Origin: an uncultured Lachnospiraceae bacterium
Lineage (GTDB): Bacteria; Bacillota; Clostridia; Lachnospirales; Lachnospiraceae
Direction: 5' to 3'
NCBI GenBank assembly: GCA_951800685.1
Contig: CATOJY010000005.1
Span: 21,447-85,446 of the forward strand
Length of the DNA stretch: 64,000 bases
The notes below the pieces were generated by a model. That model was not told the origin of the DNA and did not search any database. It was given only the letters and a program-made list of their open reading frames with translations. Positions 28,335 to 37,644 of this stretch are shown in pieces (within the stretch, counting starts at the first letter, position 1; each line of letters starts with the position of its first letter). Position numbers and translations under genes: made by a program.

Positions 28335-29096
28335 ATGGAACGACAAAAGCAGAGACATAAACATAAGGAATCCTTTTCTGTGCTTCTTATTCCAAACACA
28401 GGAGGAAAGAGCAGGCAGTTTCATGTGACGCGGTTTTCTTTCCGGTTGTGTGTGGGTGCGCTGGTTCTGATTCTATTGGTGGCTGCTGGGGCTTCTGCCT
28501 GGGCGGTATATCGGTTTAGCCGTCAGGAGGGTGGGAACGGACAGACAGTACAGCAGAAAGAGAAGATTGAGACACTGGAAGCACAGGTAAAGGCACTTGA
28601 GCAGGAGAAGGGAACGCTTCTGGCAGAGATAGAGACATTACAGCAGGAAACGGCAGTTGTAGTGGATGAGGATTCTGCCGCAGAAGCGGAAGGAGAAGCA
28701 GAAGAGGAGAGTGCATCTAAGAAGGATACTTCTGTGCCGCGGCGCTATCCCTATACAGGGATCAGTACTGTGTTGGCAGATTATTCAGAAGAGCAGCCTT
28801 ACTTGTCGCTGAATACAAGTTCAGATGGTAACGTGGTCGCTACAGGCGATGGCATGGTGGTGGTTGTGGAATCGGATGATACTTACGCACATATCATTGA
28901 GGTAGAACATAACAACGGTTACAAAACGCGCTATATGTGCCGGCAGCAAGCCCAGACGCAGATGCAGGTAGGCGCACAGGTGCAGGCAGGAGATATTCTG
29001 TTGACGGTTTTGACAGATGATACACAGCTGGATTACCAGATTCTTTTTGAAGAGGAGGCAATCGACCCGCTAACCGTATTCGAGGCGAAAGGATAA
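28335..29096 (+). CDS. Membrane-anchored coiled-coil protein with degenerate M23/LytM domain
   Basis: TM segment, coiled coil, VVATGDGMV...IEVEHNNGYKTRY...VGAQVQAGDIL...IDPL; Zn ligands absent. Confidence 0.75.
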   Translation: MERQKQRHKHKESFSVLLIPNTGGKSRQFHVTRFSFRLCVGALVLILLVAAGASAWAVYRFSRQEGGNGQTVQQKEKIETLEAQVKALEQEKGTLLAEIETLQQETAVVVDEDSAAEAEGEAEEESASKKDTSVPRRYPYTGISTVLADYSEEQPYLSLNTSSDGNVVATGDGMVVVVESDDTYAHIIEVEHNNGYKTRYMCRQQAQTQMQVGAQVQAGDILLTVLTDDTQLDYQILFEEEAIDPLTVFEAKG

Positions 29097-29170
29097 AGGC
29101 AGCTGCTGGAAAGGTTTGTAATACAGAAGGACAGGAATCGAATCTGTTACAGTAAAAGGAGGAAGAAATC

Positions 29171-29578
29171 ATGTTGGGTAAGAACAAAAGCAGCGCTTCT
29201 GATACAGAGGCAAGAGTAAAGGTGAGCACCATACTCGGAGATGGAGCAGTGTTTGATGGTGATCTGAAAGCGCCGGAGGCAGTCAGGATCGATGGCACTG
29301 TCAACGGCAATTGTACTTGCGAGAAGGAGTTAATTCTTGGAAAGAACGGGCACGTGAACGGTAACATTTCTGCCCAGCACGTGATCATTTCCGGAAGAGT
29401 GGACGGCGATATCGCGGCGCAGGGCAAGCTGGAACTTCTTTCTACTGGTAAGATTGTGGGAAATATTTCAGCAAGGTCGCTTGTGATTGATGAGGATGCG
29501 AGCTTCGATGGCAGATGTACAATGACGGCGTCCCAGTCAGAGAAGCCAATGGTGGTGGAGAAATCTGAACCGTCATGA
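29171..29578 (+). CDS. Bactofilin (polymer-forming cytoskeletal protein)
   Basis: STILGDGAVFDGDL, RIDGTVNGN, GKIVGNISARSLVIDEDASFDGRC beta-helix repeats. Confidence 0.92.
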   Translation: MLGKNKSSASDTEARVKVSTILGDGAVFDGDLKAPEAVRIDGTVNGNCTCEKELILGKNGHVNGNISAQHVIISGRVDGDIAAQGKLELLSTGKIVGNISARSLVIDEDASFDGRCTMTASQSEKPMVVEKSEPS

Positions 29579-29751
29579 ATAACGTTCATCTTGTGGAAGA
29601 ATATTTTAACTATGGTTCAATTGTATAGGCAGCGTGCTTCTGTTATGATAAGTCTGGCATAGCGAATGAACAGGCCTGGTAAGGAAAATCCAACGGATTG
29701 ACGGATTTTAAGGCGGCTATGAAAGAATACGCAGGCAGAGGAGGATTGTAT

Positions 29752-30792
29752 ATGCAGATTGGACAGGTGATCAGAAAATATAGAAAAAGTAAGAGCATGA
29801 CGCAGGAAGAGATGGCGCGCCGGCTTGGGATTACGGCGCCGGCAGTCAATAAGTGGGAGAATGGCAATTCCCTGCCAGACATTACGATGCTTGCACCGAT
29901 TGCGCGTTTGTTGGGCATTTCCTTAGATACGCTGCTTACTTTTCAGGGAAATCTGACAGATGAGGAAATAAATGATCTGCTTGGTATATTGTATGGGAAA
30001 CTGGAGACAGAGGAATTTGAGGAAGTCTTCCAGTGGGCGAAAAAGCAGATGGAACAGTATCCTGACTGCGAACATCTGCTTTTGTGGATGTCGGTTCAAT
30101 TGATGGGATATCAGTTGGACGGTTTACGGGCAAGAGGACATGAGGCGTATTTCCTGGCTGTATTCCAGAGGCTGTTAAATAGTGGTGAGGAGTATGTCAG
30201 GACAACTGCGGCGGAGTGTCTCTACAACTATTATATGCAGGAGGAAAAGTATGACAGAGCGGAGACGTATCTGTCTTATTTTTCACTCCAGAATCCTGGG
30301 AGGAAGAGAAAAGAGGCACTTCTCTATGCGCGAACTGGACGTATGGAGGAATCCTATAAGACTTATGAGGAACTTCTCTTTTCGGAATTTCCTATTCTTC
30401 ATAGCGCTCTTTACAGTATGATGTCTATGCGGTTGAAGGAACAGGATCTGGAGAAGGCGGCCTATCTGGCGGAGAAGACAGTGCAGTTAATCAGGCTGTT
30501 TGAGATGGGGCGCTATCAGGAATACTGTGTGAGGCTGGAAATGGCACAGGCGCAGGAAGATATGGAGGAGACATTGCGGTGCGCGGAAGAGATGACTTTA
30601 GGCCTGGGGGAAATGGCATCTTTTCGGGAGGCGCCCTTATATGAACACATACCGTTCCGGCAAATGTCTGATGAATCCTGCGCAAAGATGAAGGAAAGAC
30701 TTGATGCGCTTTTTCGGGAGGAAGATAACTTTGGTTACATGAAGGGAAACGAACGCTGGGAGCGCTTCTTAAAAGAGAAGGAGAAGAGATAA
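29752..30792 (+). CDS. XRE-family HTH regulator with helical/TPR-like C-terminus
   Basis: MTQEEMARRLGITAPAVNKWENGNSLPDI; long helical C-terminal region. Confidence 0.88.
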   Translation: MQIGQVIRKYRKSKSMTQEEMARRLGITAPAVNKWENGNSLPDITMLAPIARLLGISLDTLLTFQGNLTDEEINDLLGILYGKLETEEFEEVFQWAKKQMEQYPDCEHLLLWMSVQLMGYQLDGLRARGHEAYFLAVFQRLLNSGEEYVRTTAAECLYNYYMQEEKYDRAETYLSYFSLQNPGRKRKEALLYARTGRMEESYKTYEELLFSEFPILHSALYSMMSMRLKEQDLEKAAYLAEKTVQLIRLFEMGRYQEYCVRLEMAQAQEDMEETLRCAEEMTLGLGEMASFREAPLYEHIPFRQMSDESCAKMKERLDALFREEDNFGYMKGNERWERFLKEKEKR

Positions 30793-30804
30793 GGAAGATA
30801 AGAT

Positions 30805-31308
30805 ATGGTACACACGATTGATCCGGTTTATGATGCAGATTCTAAAATATTGATTCTCGGAAGCTTTCCGTCAGTGAAATCGCGGGAACAACAGTTTTTC
30901 TACGGACATAAGCAGAACCGTTTCTGGAGGGTTCTGGCACAAGTACTGGATTGCAGGGTGCCAACAGATATTCCAGAGAAGAAGGCCATGCTGGCAAAGC
31001 ATCATATCGCTGTCTGGGATGTGATTGCAAGCTGTGAGATTACAGGTTCTTCTGACGCAAGCATCCGGGATGTTAAGCCTAACGACCTGTCGCGCATTTT
31101 TTCCTGTGCGGATATCCGGGCAATCTATACAAACGGCGGCAAGGCATACCAACTGTATCAGAAATACATTTTTCCGCTTAGCGGGCGGGAGGCATGTCCG
31201 TTGCCATCCACCAGTCCGGCCAATGCAGGTTATTCCCTGGAGAAGCTGGTGGAGGCGTGGAAAGTGATAGGTGATGTTTTGGATTCCTCAATGGGCAAGC
31301 CGGTTTAA
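30805..31308 (+). CDS. DNA-deoxyinosine glycosylase (UDG superfamily)
   Basis: ILILGSFPSVKS, YGHKQNRFW, LPSTSPAN. Confidence 0.88.
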   Translation: MVHTIDPVYDADSKILILGSFPSVKSREQQFFYGHKQNRFWRVLAQVLDCRVPTDIPEKKAMLAKHHIAVWDVIASCEITGSSDASIRDVKPNDLSRIFSCADIRAIYTNGGKAYQLYQKYIFPLSGREACPLPSTSPANAGYSLEKLVEAWKVIGDVLDSSMGKPV

Positions 31309-32793
31309 CCTGTTTGTTTTGTGATGCTCTTTCCATACAGTCTTCTTGTAGGCAAACAGATCTTTCCAGATTGTCGGATGGAACAGCAAAAGCAGTGGGA
31401 ACAATTCCAGACGTCCGGCCAGCATGTCAAACATTAGGACATATTTGGAAAAAGGAGAAAAAAAGCCAAAATTTCCCGTAGGACCCACTAACTCCAGTCC
31501 AGGTCCGATATTGTTGATTGTGGCGGCAACAGCGGTAAAGGTCGTCACCAGATCAGTGTCCTCAAAGGAGATCAGGAAGACAGAGAGGACAAAAAGAACC
31601 ATGAAAGTGATCAGATATACATTAATGGAGCGGACAACGTCGTGATCGATCGGCTTGCCGTCCATCTTAATCTTCTTGATGCTCTTCGGGTGTATATAGG
31701 AAAAAAATTCTTTGCGCACCGTCTTAAATAATACCACGAAACGGGATACTTTGATGCCGCCTCCGGTACTGCCGGCGCAGGCACCGACAAACATCAAAAG
31801 CACCAGGATCACTTTACTGCTTTCTGGCCACTGATGGAAGTCTGTAGTAGAAAATCCGGTGGTTGTGATAATGGAAGCGACCTGGAATGCCGCTTGTGTC
31901 AAGGCATCGAAGATACCTGTGCAGGTTTTCAATATGTTGACGGTAATGACCGCCACGGAGGCGAAAATGATCAATAGGTAACACCGTACTTCCTCCATAA
32001 GGAGAAAGTCTTTTATTTTTCGGAATAAGAGCAGGCAGTAAGCGTTAAAATTGACACCGAACAGAATCATAAATATGGTAACTACCCACTGGAGATAAGG
32101 GGAATATCCGCCAATGCTGTCATTCCTGATGCCAAAACCGCCAGTACCGGCTGTGCCGAGACTGGTGCAAAGAGCATCAAAGAAAGGCATTCTGCCTGCG
32201 ACAAGCAGAAGGATCTCTATGACGGTTAATCCAGCATAGATCAGATACAGGATCCGCACAGTATCTTTCATTTTCGGCACCAGTTTGCCTACAGAAGGAC
32301 CAGGGCTTTCTGCTCGCATCAGGTTGATATTGGAACCGCCGCTCATGGGAATGATCGCCAGCAGGAATACCAGCACGCCCATACCGCCGATCCAGTGGGT
32401 GAAGCTGCGCCAGAATAGGGAGCAGTGTGAAAGCGCTTCCACGTCGCTCAAAATACTTGCGCCTGTGGTGGTAAAACCAGATACTGTCTCAAAAAGGGCA
32501 TCCGTAAAAGAAGGGATCTCTCCAGTCAGGCAGAAAGGAACTGCGCCGAAGATACACAGGAAGATCCAGCTTAAGGCGGTGGCGATGCAGCCCTCTTTCA
32601 GATAAAAGACACTGTTTGCCGGTTTCCGCAGACTCATCAATGTGCCTAGCACAAAACAGACTGCGGCCACTGGAAGATACCAGAGTCCTTCTTTTTCCCA
32701 ATAAATAAGCGCGACAAGACAGGGCAGAAGCATGAGCGCTGCCTCAGTCTTTAAAATACATCCTAAAATATAACGAATAATGGAACTGTTCAT
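31288..32793 (-). CDS. trkH: Trk potassium uptake membrane protein
   Basis: FETVSGFTTTGAS, WIGGMG, TTTGF, GACAGSTGGGIK, NNIGPG, GRLE; start MNSSIIRY with RBS GAGG. Confidence 0.93.
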   Translation of the reverse strand: MNSSIIRYILGCILKTEAALMLLPCLVALIYWEKEGLWYLPVAAVCFVLGTLMSLRKPANSVFYLKEGCIATALSWIFLCIFGAVPFCLTGEIPSFTDALFETVSGFTTTGASILSDVEALSHCSLFWRSFTHWIGGMGVLVFLLAIIPMSGGSNINLMRAESPGPSVGKLVPKMKDTVRILYLIYAGLTVIEILLLVAGRMPFFDALCTSLGTAGTGGFGIRNDSIGGYSPYLQWVVTIFMILFGVNFNAYCLLLFRKIKDFLLMEEVRCYLLIIFASVAVITVNILKTCTGIFDALTQAAFQVASIITTTGFSTTDFHQWPESSKVILVLLMFVGACAGSTGGGIKVSRFVVLFKTVRKEFFSYIHPKSIKKIKMDGKPIDHDVVRSINVYLITFMVLFVLSVFLISFEDTDLVTTFTAVAATINNIGPGLELVGPTGNFGFFSPFSKYVLMFDMLAGRLELFPLLLLFHPTIWKDLFAYKKTVWKEHHKTNRLNRLAH

Positions 32794-32924
32794 GGTTACC
32801 TCTACGTGGACCTTGCGGCATGACCAGCAAGATCCCTGCATGCGGAATGAAAGTTTATGGAGTGTCTGTTTCTGGGCCGGCATGAGCGCACGCATAGAAA
32901 GCATATGTGTGCATCGAATCTGTG

Positions 32925-34328
32925 TCAGTTCAGGATATCCTGCAGCACTTTAAAGCCGGTGTGTGTGGTGACCACCATGACCGTATCACCGACTTGGATC
33001 GAATCCTGTCCGCTGGGGATGATGATCGAACCCTTCCGGTTGATGAAAGAGATCAGCAGGCCTTTTTTCAGGGAAAGCTGTGCCAGCGGGACGTTTGTCA
33101 CGGAGGATTCACTTTTTACGCGAAACTCGATGGCCTCTACACGGAAATCAAACATATGATATAAAGTTTCTATGTTACTGCTGTTCATGGAAGCTTTCTT
33201 CGCGCGGACATAGGCAATAATCGCTTCGGAAGCGATGTAGCGGGGATAGATGACGCTGTCCATGTTCAGACCGCCCAAAACCCCCTTGTAATTGGTCCGG
33301 TTGATCTTGGTGATGACTTTGGCATGGGAGACATGTTTGGCATGGAGTGTCAAAAGGATATTCTCCTCATCAATGCCGGTCAAGGGGACGAAGGATTCCA
33401 CATACTCGATGCCTTCTTCACGGAGTAGTTCTTCATTTGTACCGTCGCCGTTGATGATGACGGCTTTTGGCAGCAGGATACTCAGCTCCTCACAGCGTTT
33501 GGGGTTGCTGTCGATGATCTTGACGGCAATACCCATGTGAAGAAGCTGGGTTGCAAGATAATAAGAAGACTTGCCGCCGCCGATGATCATAGTATTTTTG
33601 ACGGCATGGGTTTTGAAGCCGATTTTTTCGAGAAAAGATTTTGCATCCCGTCTGGTGGCGACAAAAGAAATACAATCCCCTTTCAAAATACGGAAATTAC
33701 CGGAAGGAATGTAAATTTCACTGTCGCGTTCTACGGCGCAGATCAGGACGTTGTCAGCGATATTCTTTCCAACAGTCTTGCCAAGGTCGGCCACCATCAT
33801 GCCATCTAAAAGATTCTCTTCCGGCACCTTGAACTTGATCATTTCGGCCTGGCCATGGGCAAAGGTATCTACCTCTAAGGCAGTGGGAAGATAGAGGATG
33901 CGCGCCATTTCGCGGGATGCCTCCAGTTCCGGGTTGATGATCATGGCAAGCCCCAGTTTCTCCCTTAAGTAACTGGCTTCCTTGCTGTAGTCCGGGGTGC
34001 GGACCCTGGCGATGGCGGAACAGTTGCCGACACGCTTGGCTACGGTGCAGCACAGCAGATTCAGCTCATCTGAGTCGGTGACCGCTATGATCAGGTCAGT
34101 ATGGTCTATGTCAGCCTCTTTCTGGACGCTGAAGCTTGCGCCGTTGCCGACAACGCCCATGACGTCATAGAGGTTAGTTAATTCCTGTATTTTCTGTTGG
34201 TTCTTATCAATCAGGGTGATATTATGCCCTTCTTTGATCAGCTGGGCGATCAGAGTCTGTCCGACCTTGCCGCAGCCAACGATAATGATCTGTAATCCCT
34301 GTTCAACAGGTTTCTTTTGCTTGAACAT
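32925..34328 (-). CDS. trkA: Trk potassium uptake RCK protein
   Basis: Two Rossmann motifs (IVGCGKVG, IIGGGK) in tandem RCK_N/RCK_C domains; adjacent to trkH. Confidence 0.93.
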   Translation of the reverse strand: MFKQKKPVEQGLQIIIVGCGKVGQTLIAQLIKEGHNITLIDKNQQKIQELTNLYDVMGVVGNGASFSVQKEADIDHTDLIIAVTDSDELNLLCCTVAKRVGNCSAIARVRTPDYSKEASYLREKLGLAMIINPELEASREMARILYLPTALEVDTFAHGQAEMIKFKVPEENLLDGMMVADLGKTVGKNIADNVLICAVERDSEIYIPSGNFRILKGDCISFVATRRDAKSFLEKIGFKTHAVKNTMIIGGGKSSYYLATQLLHMGIAVKIIDSNPKRCEELSILLPKAVIINGDGTNEELLREEGIEYVESFVPLTGIDEENILLTLHAKHVSHAKVITKINRTNYKGVLGGLNMDSVIYPRYIASEAIIAYVRAKKASMNSSNIETLYHMFDFRVEAIEFRVKSESSVTNVPLAQLSLKKGLLISFINRKGSIIIPSGQDSIQVGDTVMVVTTHTGFKVLQDILN

Positions 34329-34715
34329 TTTCTCTCCATTCCGAAACGTCAGATCTACAAAGCGAGTGGGCGTCTCGTTACTGTTTAGACTGTATCATGC
34401 ACTGGCGGCATGATGTTGAACCGGTGCCTAAATGCTGGAAATTGGCCATCATAAAAGCACTGGCATACGCAACTATATATATCACCTTGCAGGGAAAAAA
34501 TCAATAGACTTTTTGCATAATTAAAGCTTTCTTAATACCCTTTTCCTGGCAGGACAAAATCAGGCAGCAGCTTTTGGCAACTGATAGTAGCTGTTCTGAC
34601 ACCCAGAATAGGTCGCGCAACCAAAATGGGTTTACTATGATGGTACAAAACGGACTGCACCGGTTTTGCACAAAGCCAGCCGGTGCGGCAGGAAAGAGAG
34701 GATAAGAGGATTATC

Positions 34716-35954
34716 ATGGAGAAAAAATTATTTACAAAAGATTTCACGCTGGTGGTGATCGGACAGATCATTTCCTTGTTTGGCAATGCAGCTGTCCGGT
34801 TTGCGCTGCCTTTGTATCTGTTGAATCAGACAGGTTCGTCTGCGCTGTATGGTACGGTGATGGCATGCGCTTTCATACCTGCGATTCTGCTGTCGCCGGT
34901 GGGTGGTATGATCGCTGACCGGGTAAGTAAGAGAAATATCATGGTGGTGTTGGATTTTACCACGGCGGGAATCCTTCTGGTATTTCTATTTCTGCAGGGC
35001 AGGGTGGATCTGGTCTTTCTGCTTACGCTTACGTTGATGCTGTTGTTTGGGATCGCGGGGGCGTACCAGCCGGCTGTACAGGCGAGTATACCGGTGTTGG
35101 TGACGCAGGAACGTTATATGCAGGCGAATGCGGTTATCAATATCGTAAGTTCTTTCGCCGCACTTCTGGGGCCGGTACTTGGCGGAGTGTTATACAGTGT
35201 CTATGGACTGCTTCCGATTCTGGAGATAGGAACTGTCTGCTTTGTGGTGTCTGCAGTGATGGAGATTTTTATCAGAATCCCTCATGAAAAGCAGGAAACA
35301 CAGGGCAGTATCTTGCAGATCATGAGTCAGGATCTTGCGGAGAGTTTCTGGTTTATCCGCAGACAGAAACCGGTGATTGGGAGAGGATTAGCCGTGGTAT
35401 GCTGTGTCAATCTTTTCTTCTCGGCTGTGATCAATGTAGGGCTGCCTTACCTGATCACAGAAGTGCTGCCTTTTACGTCTTCCATGGCCAACAGGCTGTA
35501 TGGGTATGCGGAAGGGGTGTTGGCGGCAGGCGGTATAGCAGGTGGTATTGGCGCCGGAATTCTGGCACAGAAACTGCAGGTCAGAAAGGTAGGCAATCTA
35601 CTGACAATGGCTGCTTTGTGTTTGTTTCCAGTAGGGCTAGCGCTTCTATGGGTAAAGTCGGCGATGGTGGTCTATCTGATCATGACGGTATGCTGTTTTG
35701 TGATCATGGCCTCGGCAACAATGTTCAGTGTGCAGATTATGGCTTTTGTACAGACGGAGACGCCCCAGAATCTGGTAGGAAAGGTGATCTCAGTGTGTAT
35801 GATGTTATCCATGTGTGCGCAGCCTTTTGGCAATGCGATGTATGGTGTTTTATTTGAACTGTGCAGAGGACGGGAAGCTATAGTCCTGCTGGCGGCGGGA
35901 GCAGCTTCCCTTATGACAGCGGCTTGGGCGCGTAAAGTATTTTCAAGACTGTAG
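34716..35954 (+). CDS. MFS transporter (DHA3-like efflux)
   Basis: GQIISLFGN, GGMIADRVSKRNIM motif A; about 12 TM. Confidence 0.9.
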   Translation: MEKKLFTKDFTLVVIGQIISLFGNAAVRFALPLYLLNQTGSSALYGTVMACAFIPAILLSPVGGMIADRVSKRNIMVVLDFTTAGILLVFLFLQGRVDLVFLLTLTLMLLFGIAGAYQPAVQASIPVLVTQERYMQANAVINIVSSFAALLGPVLGGVLYSVYGLLPILEIGTVCFVVSAVMEIFIRIPHEKQETQGSILQIMSQDLAESFWFIRRQKPVIGRGLAVVCCVNLFFSAVINVGLPYLITEVLPFTSSMANRLYGYAEGVLAAGGIAGGIGAGILAQKLQVRKVGNLLTMAALCLFPVGLALLWVKSAMVVYLIMTVCCFVIMASATMFSVQIMAFVQTETPQNLVGKVISVCMMLSMCAQPFGNAMYGVLFELCRGREAIVLLAAGAASLMTAAWARKVFSRL

Positions 35955-36043
35955 CCATAAGATTTTAGGTGGGATTTGGCGGAAGGATGTGATAGAATAG
36001 GAGATGCGCAGGAAATGGGATATAGTAGAATTGGGGGAGGGCT

Positions 36044-36604
36044 ATGTTGGAGTTCTTGATGAATCTGGATGGCAGTGTGTTATTGTTCTTACAGGAACAT
36101 GTGAGAAACCCGGTGTTGACGCCGGTGTTAAAGCTGATCACAACGCTGGGGAACGGCGGGGCGGTCTGGATTGCGCTGGCGGTCCTATTGTTATGTCTTC
36201 CCAGGACAAGGAAAGTGGGCTGCATGGTGACAGCGGCGCTTTTAGGTACGCTGCTTGTCAATAATATAATACTCAAGAATCTGGTGGCTAGGACCAGACC
36301 GTATGAGGTGTTAGAAGGTTTGACGTATCTTGTGAGAAAACCAGTAGATTACTCCTTTCCTTCTGGACATACGGGCTGTTCCTTTGCAGCGGCCTGTGTG
36401 ATGTTCCGTAGACTGCCCAGGCGGTATGGTGTCCCAGCGCTTGTTCTTGCGGTGCTGATCTCAGTGTCCCGGCTGTACGTGGGGGTACATTATCCAAGTG
36501 ATGTGCTGTTTGGCATGGTCAGTGGAATTTTGCTCAGCTATGCTGCAGAAGCGGTAGTTGATTGGATATACGGTAGGAAAGAGAAGAGCAGACAGGAAAT
36601 GTGA
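36044..36604 (+). CDS. PAP2-family membrane phosphatase
   Basis: KNLVARTRP, SFPSGH, SRLYVGVHYPSD. Confidence 0.92.
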   Translation: MLEFLMNLDGSVLLFLQEHVRNPVLTPVLKLITTLGNGGAVWIALAVLLLCLPRTRKVGCMVTAALLGTLLVNNIILKNLVARTRPYEVLEGLTYLVRKPVDYSFPSGHTGCSFAAACVMFRRLPRRYGVPALVLAVLISVSRLYVGVHYPSDVLFGMVSGILLSYAAEAVVDWIYGRKEKSRQEM

Positions 36605-36620
36605 AAGGAGAACAATCGAT

Positions 36621-37598
36621 ATGGAGAAGATTAAATTTGGTATTTTAGCGCCAGGAGGCATTGCAAACTGTATGGCACAGGCGGTGCAGTCCATCAGCGA
36701 TTTTTCGTGTTATGCGGTGGCTTCCAGAGATGGAGAGAGAGCTGGAAACTTTGCGAAACGATGGGGATTTGAGAAGGCATATGGTTCCTATGAGGAGCTG
36801 GCAGAAGATCCGCAGGTGGAACTGATCTATGTGGCTTCTCCCCATTCGCATCATTATCCTTATGCAAAACTATGCCTGGAACATGGAAAGCATGTACTGC
36901 TGGAGAAGGCGTTCACCGTGAATGCCGCACAGGCACAAGAGCTTATCGATTTAGCGAGAAGCAAAGGTCTGTTGCTGGCGGAGGCATTCTGGCCCAGATA
37001 CATGCCAAGCAGAAAGATGATTGATGACCTGATTGCACAAGGGACGATAGGGGAAGTGCGGGCTGTCATGGCGGATTTCGGCGCGCCGCTGACTCATGTA
37101 GAACGGCTGAGAAATCCTGAGCTGGCGGGAGGCGCATTGTTGGATCTGGGTGTCTATCCGATTAATTTTGCACTGCAGATCTTCAAGGGTCCGGTGAAAA
37201 GTATTCAGTCCGATGCTGTGATGTCGCCTGAAGGTGTGGATTGGATGAATGGGATTACGATTACGTTTGAAGGGGATAGGATGGCAGTCCTTCACAGCAA
37301 CATGCTGTGCTGCATGGGTAACCGCGGCGTTATTTACGGAGAGAAAGGCTATCTTGAGATGGGAGAGATCAACAACTGCCAGGAAATCCGTGTGTTTGAC
37401 CAGAAGAAACATATGACAGCATGTTATAAGGTGCCGGAGCAGATCAATGGGTATGAATATGAGGCACAGGCCTGTGTGCGTGCGATCCGGGCAGGACAGG
37501 TGGAATGTGAGGAAATGCCGCACAGTGAGACGATGCGGCTGATGAAGATATTAGACGCGGTCAGGAAACAGTGGGGATTTAGCCTTCCCTGCGAGTAA
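36621..37598 (+). CDS. Gfo/Idh/MocA oxidoreductase
   Basis: GILAPGGIA, HVLLEKAF, GGALLDLGVY. Confidence 0.92.
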   Translation: MEKIKFGILAPGGIANCMAQAVQSISDFSCYAVASRDGERAGNFAKRWGFEKAYGSYEELAEDPQVELIYVASPHSHHYPYAKLCLEHGKHVLLEKAFTVNAAQAQELIDLARSKGLLLAEAFWPRYMPSRKMIDDLIAQGTIGEVRAVMADFGAPLTHVERLRNPELAGGALLDLGVYPINFALQIFKGPVKSIQSDAVMSPEGVDWMNGITITFEGDRMAVLHSNMLCCMGNRGVIYGEKGYLEMGEINNCQEIRVFDQKKHMTACYKVPEQINGYEYEAQACVRAIRAGQVECEEMPHSETMRLMKILDAVRKQWGFSLPCE

Positions 37599-37644
37599 GA
37601 ACTTTGCGCCGCGATCCGGGATAATTTAGGGAGGAACATTACCT

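Noticed and set aside
34329-34500. c-di-AMP (ydaO) riboswitch upstream of trkA
   Set aside because: Only a simple hairpin (ATCATGC..GCATGAT); no GCTGAATCC/GGGGTGAAT-type conserved elements
34601-34640. Imperfect inverted repeat upstream of the MFS gene as a MerR/MarR operator
   Set aside because: No -35 at MerR spacing and no cognate regulator nearby
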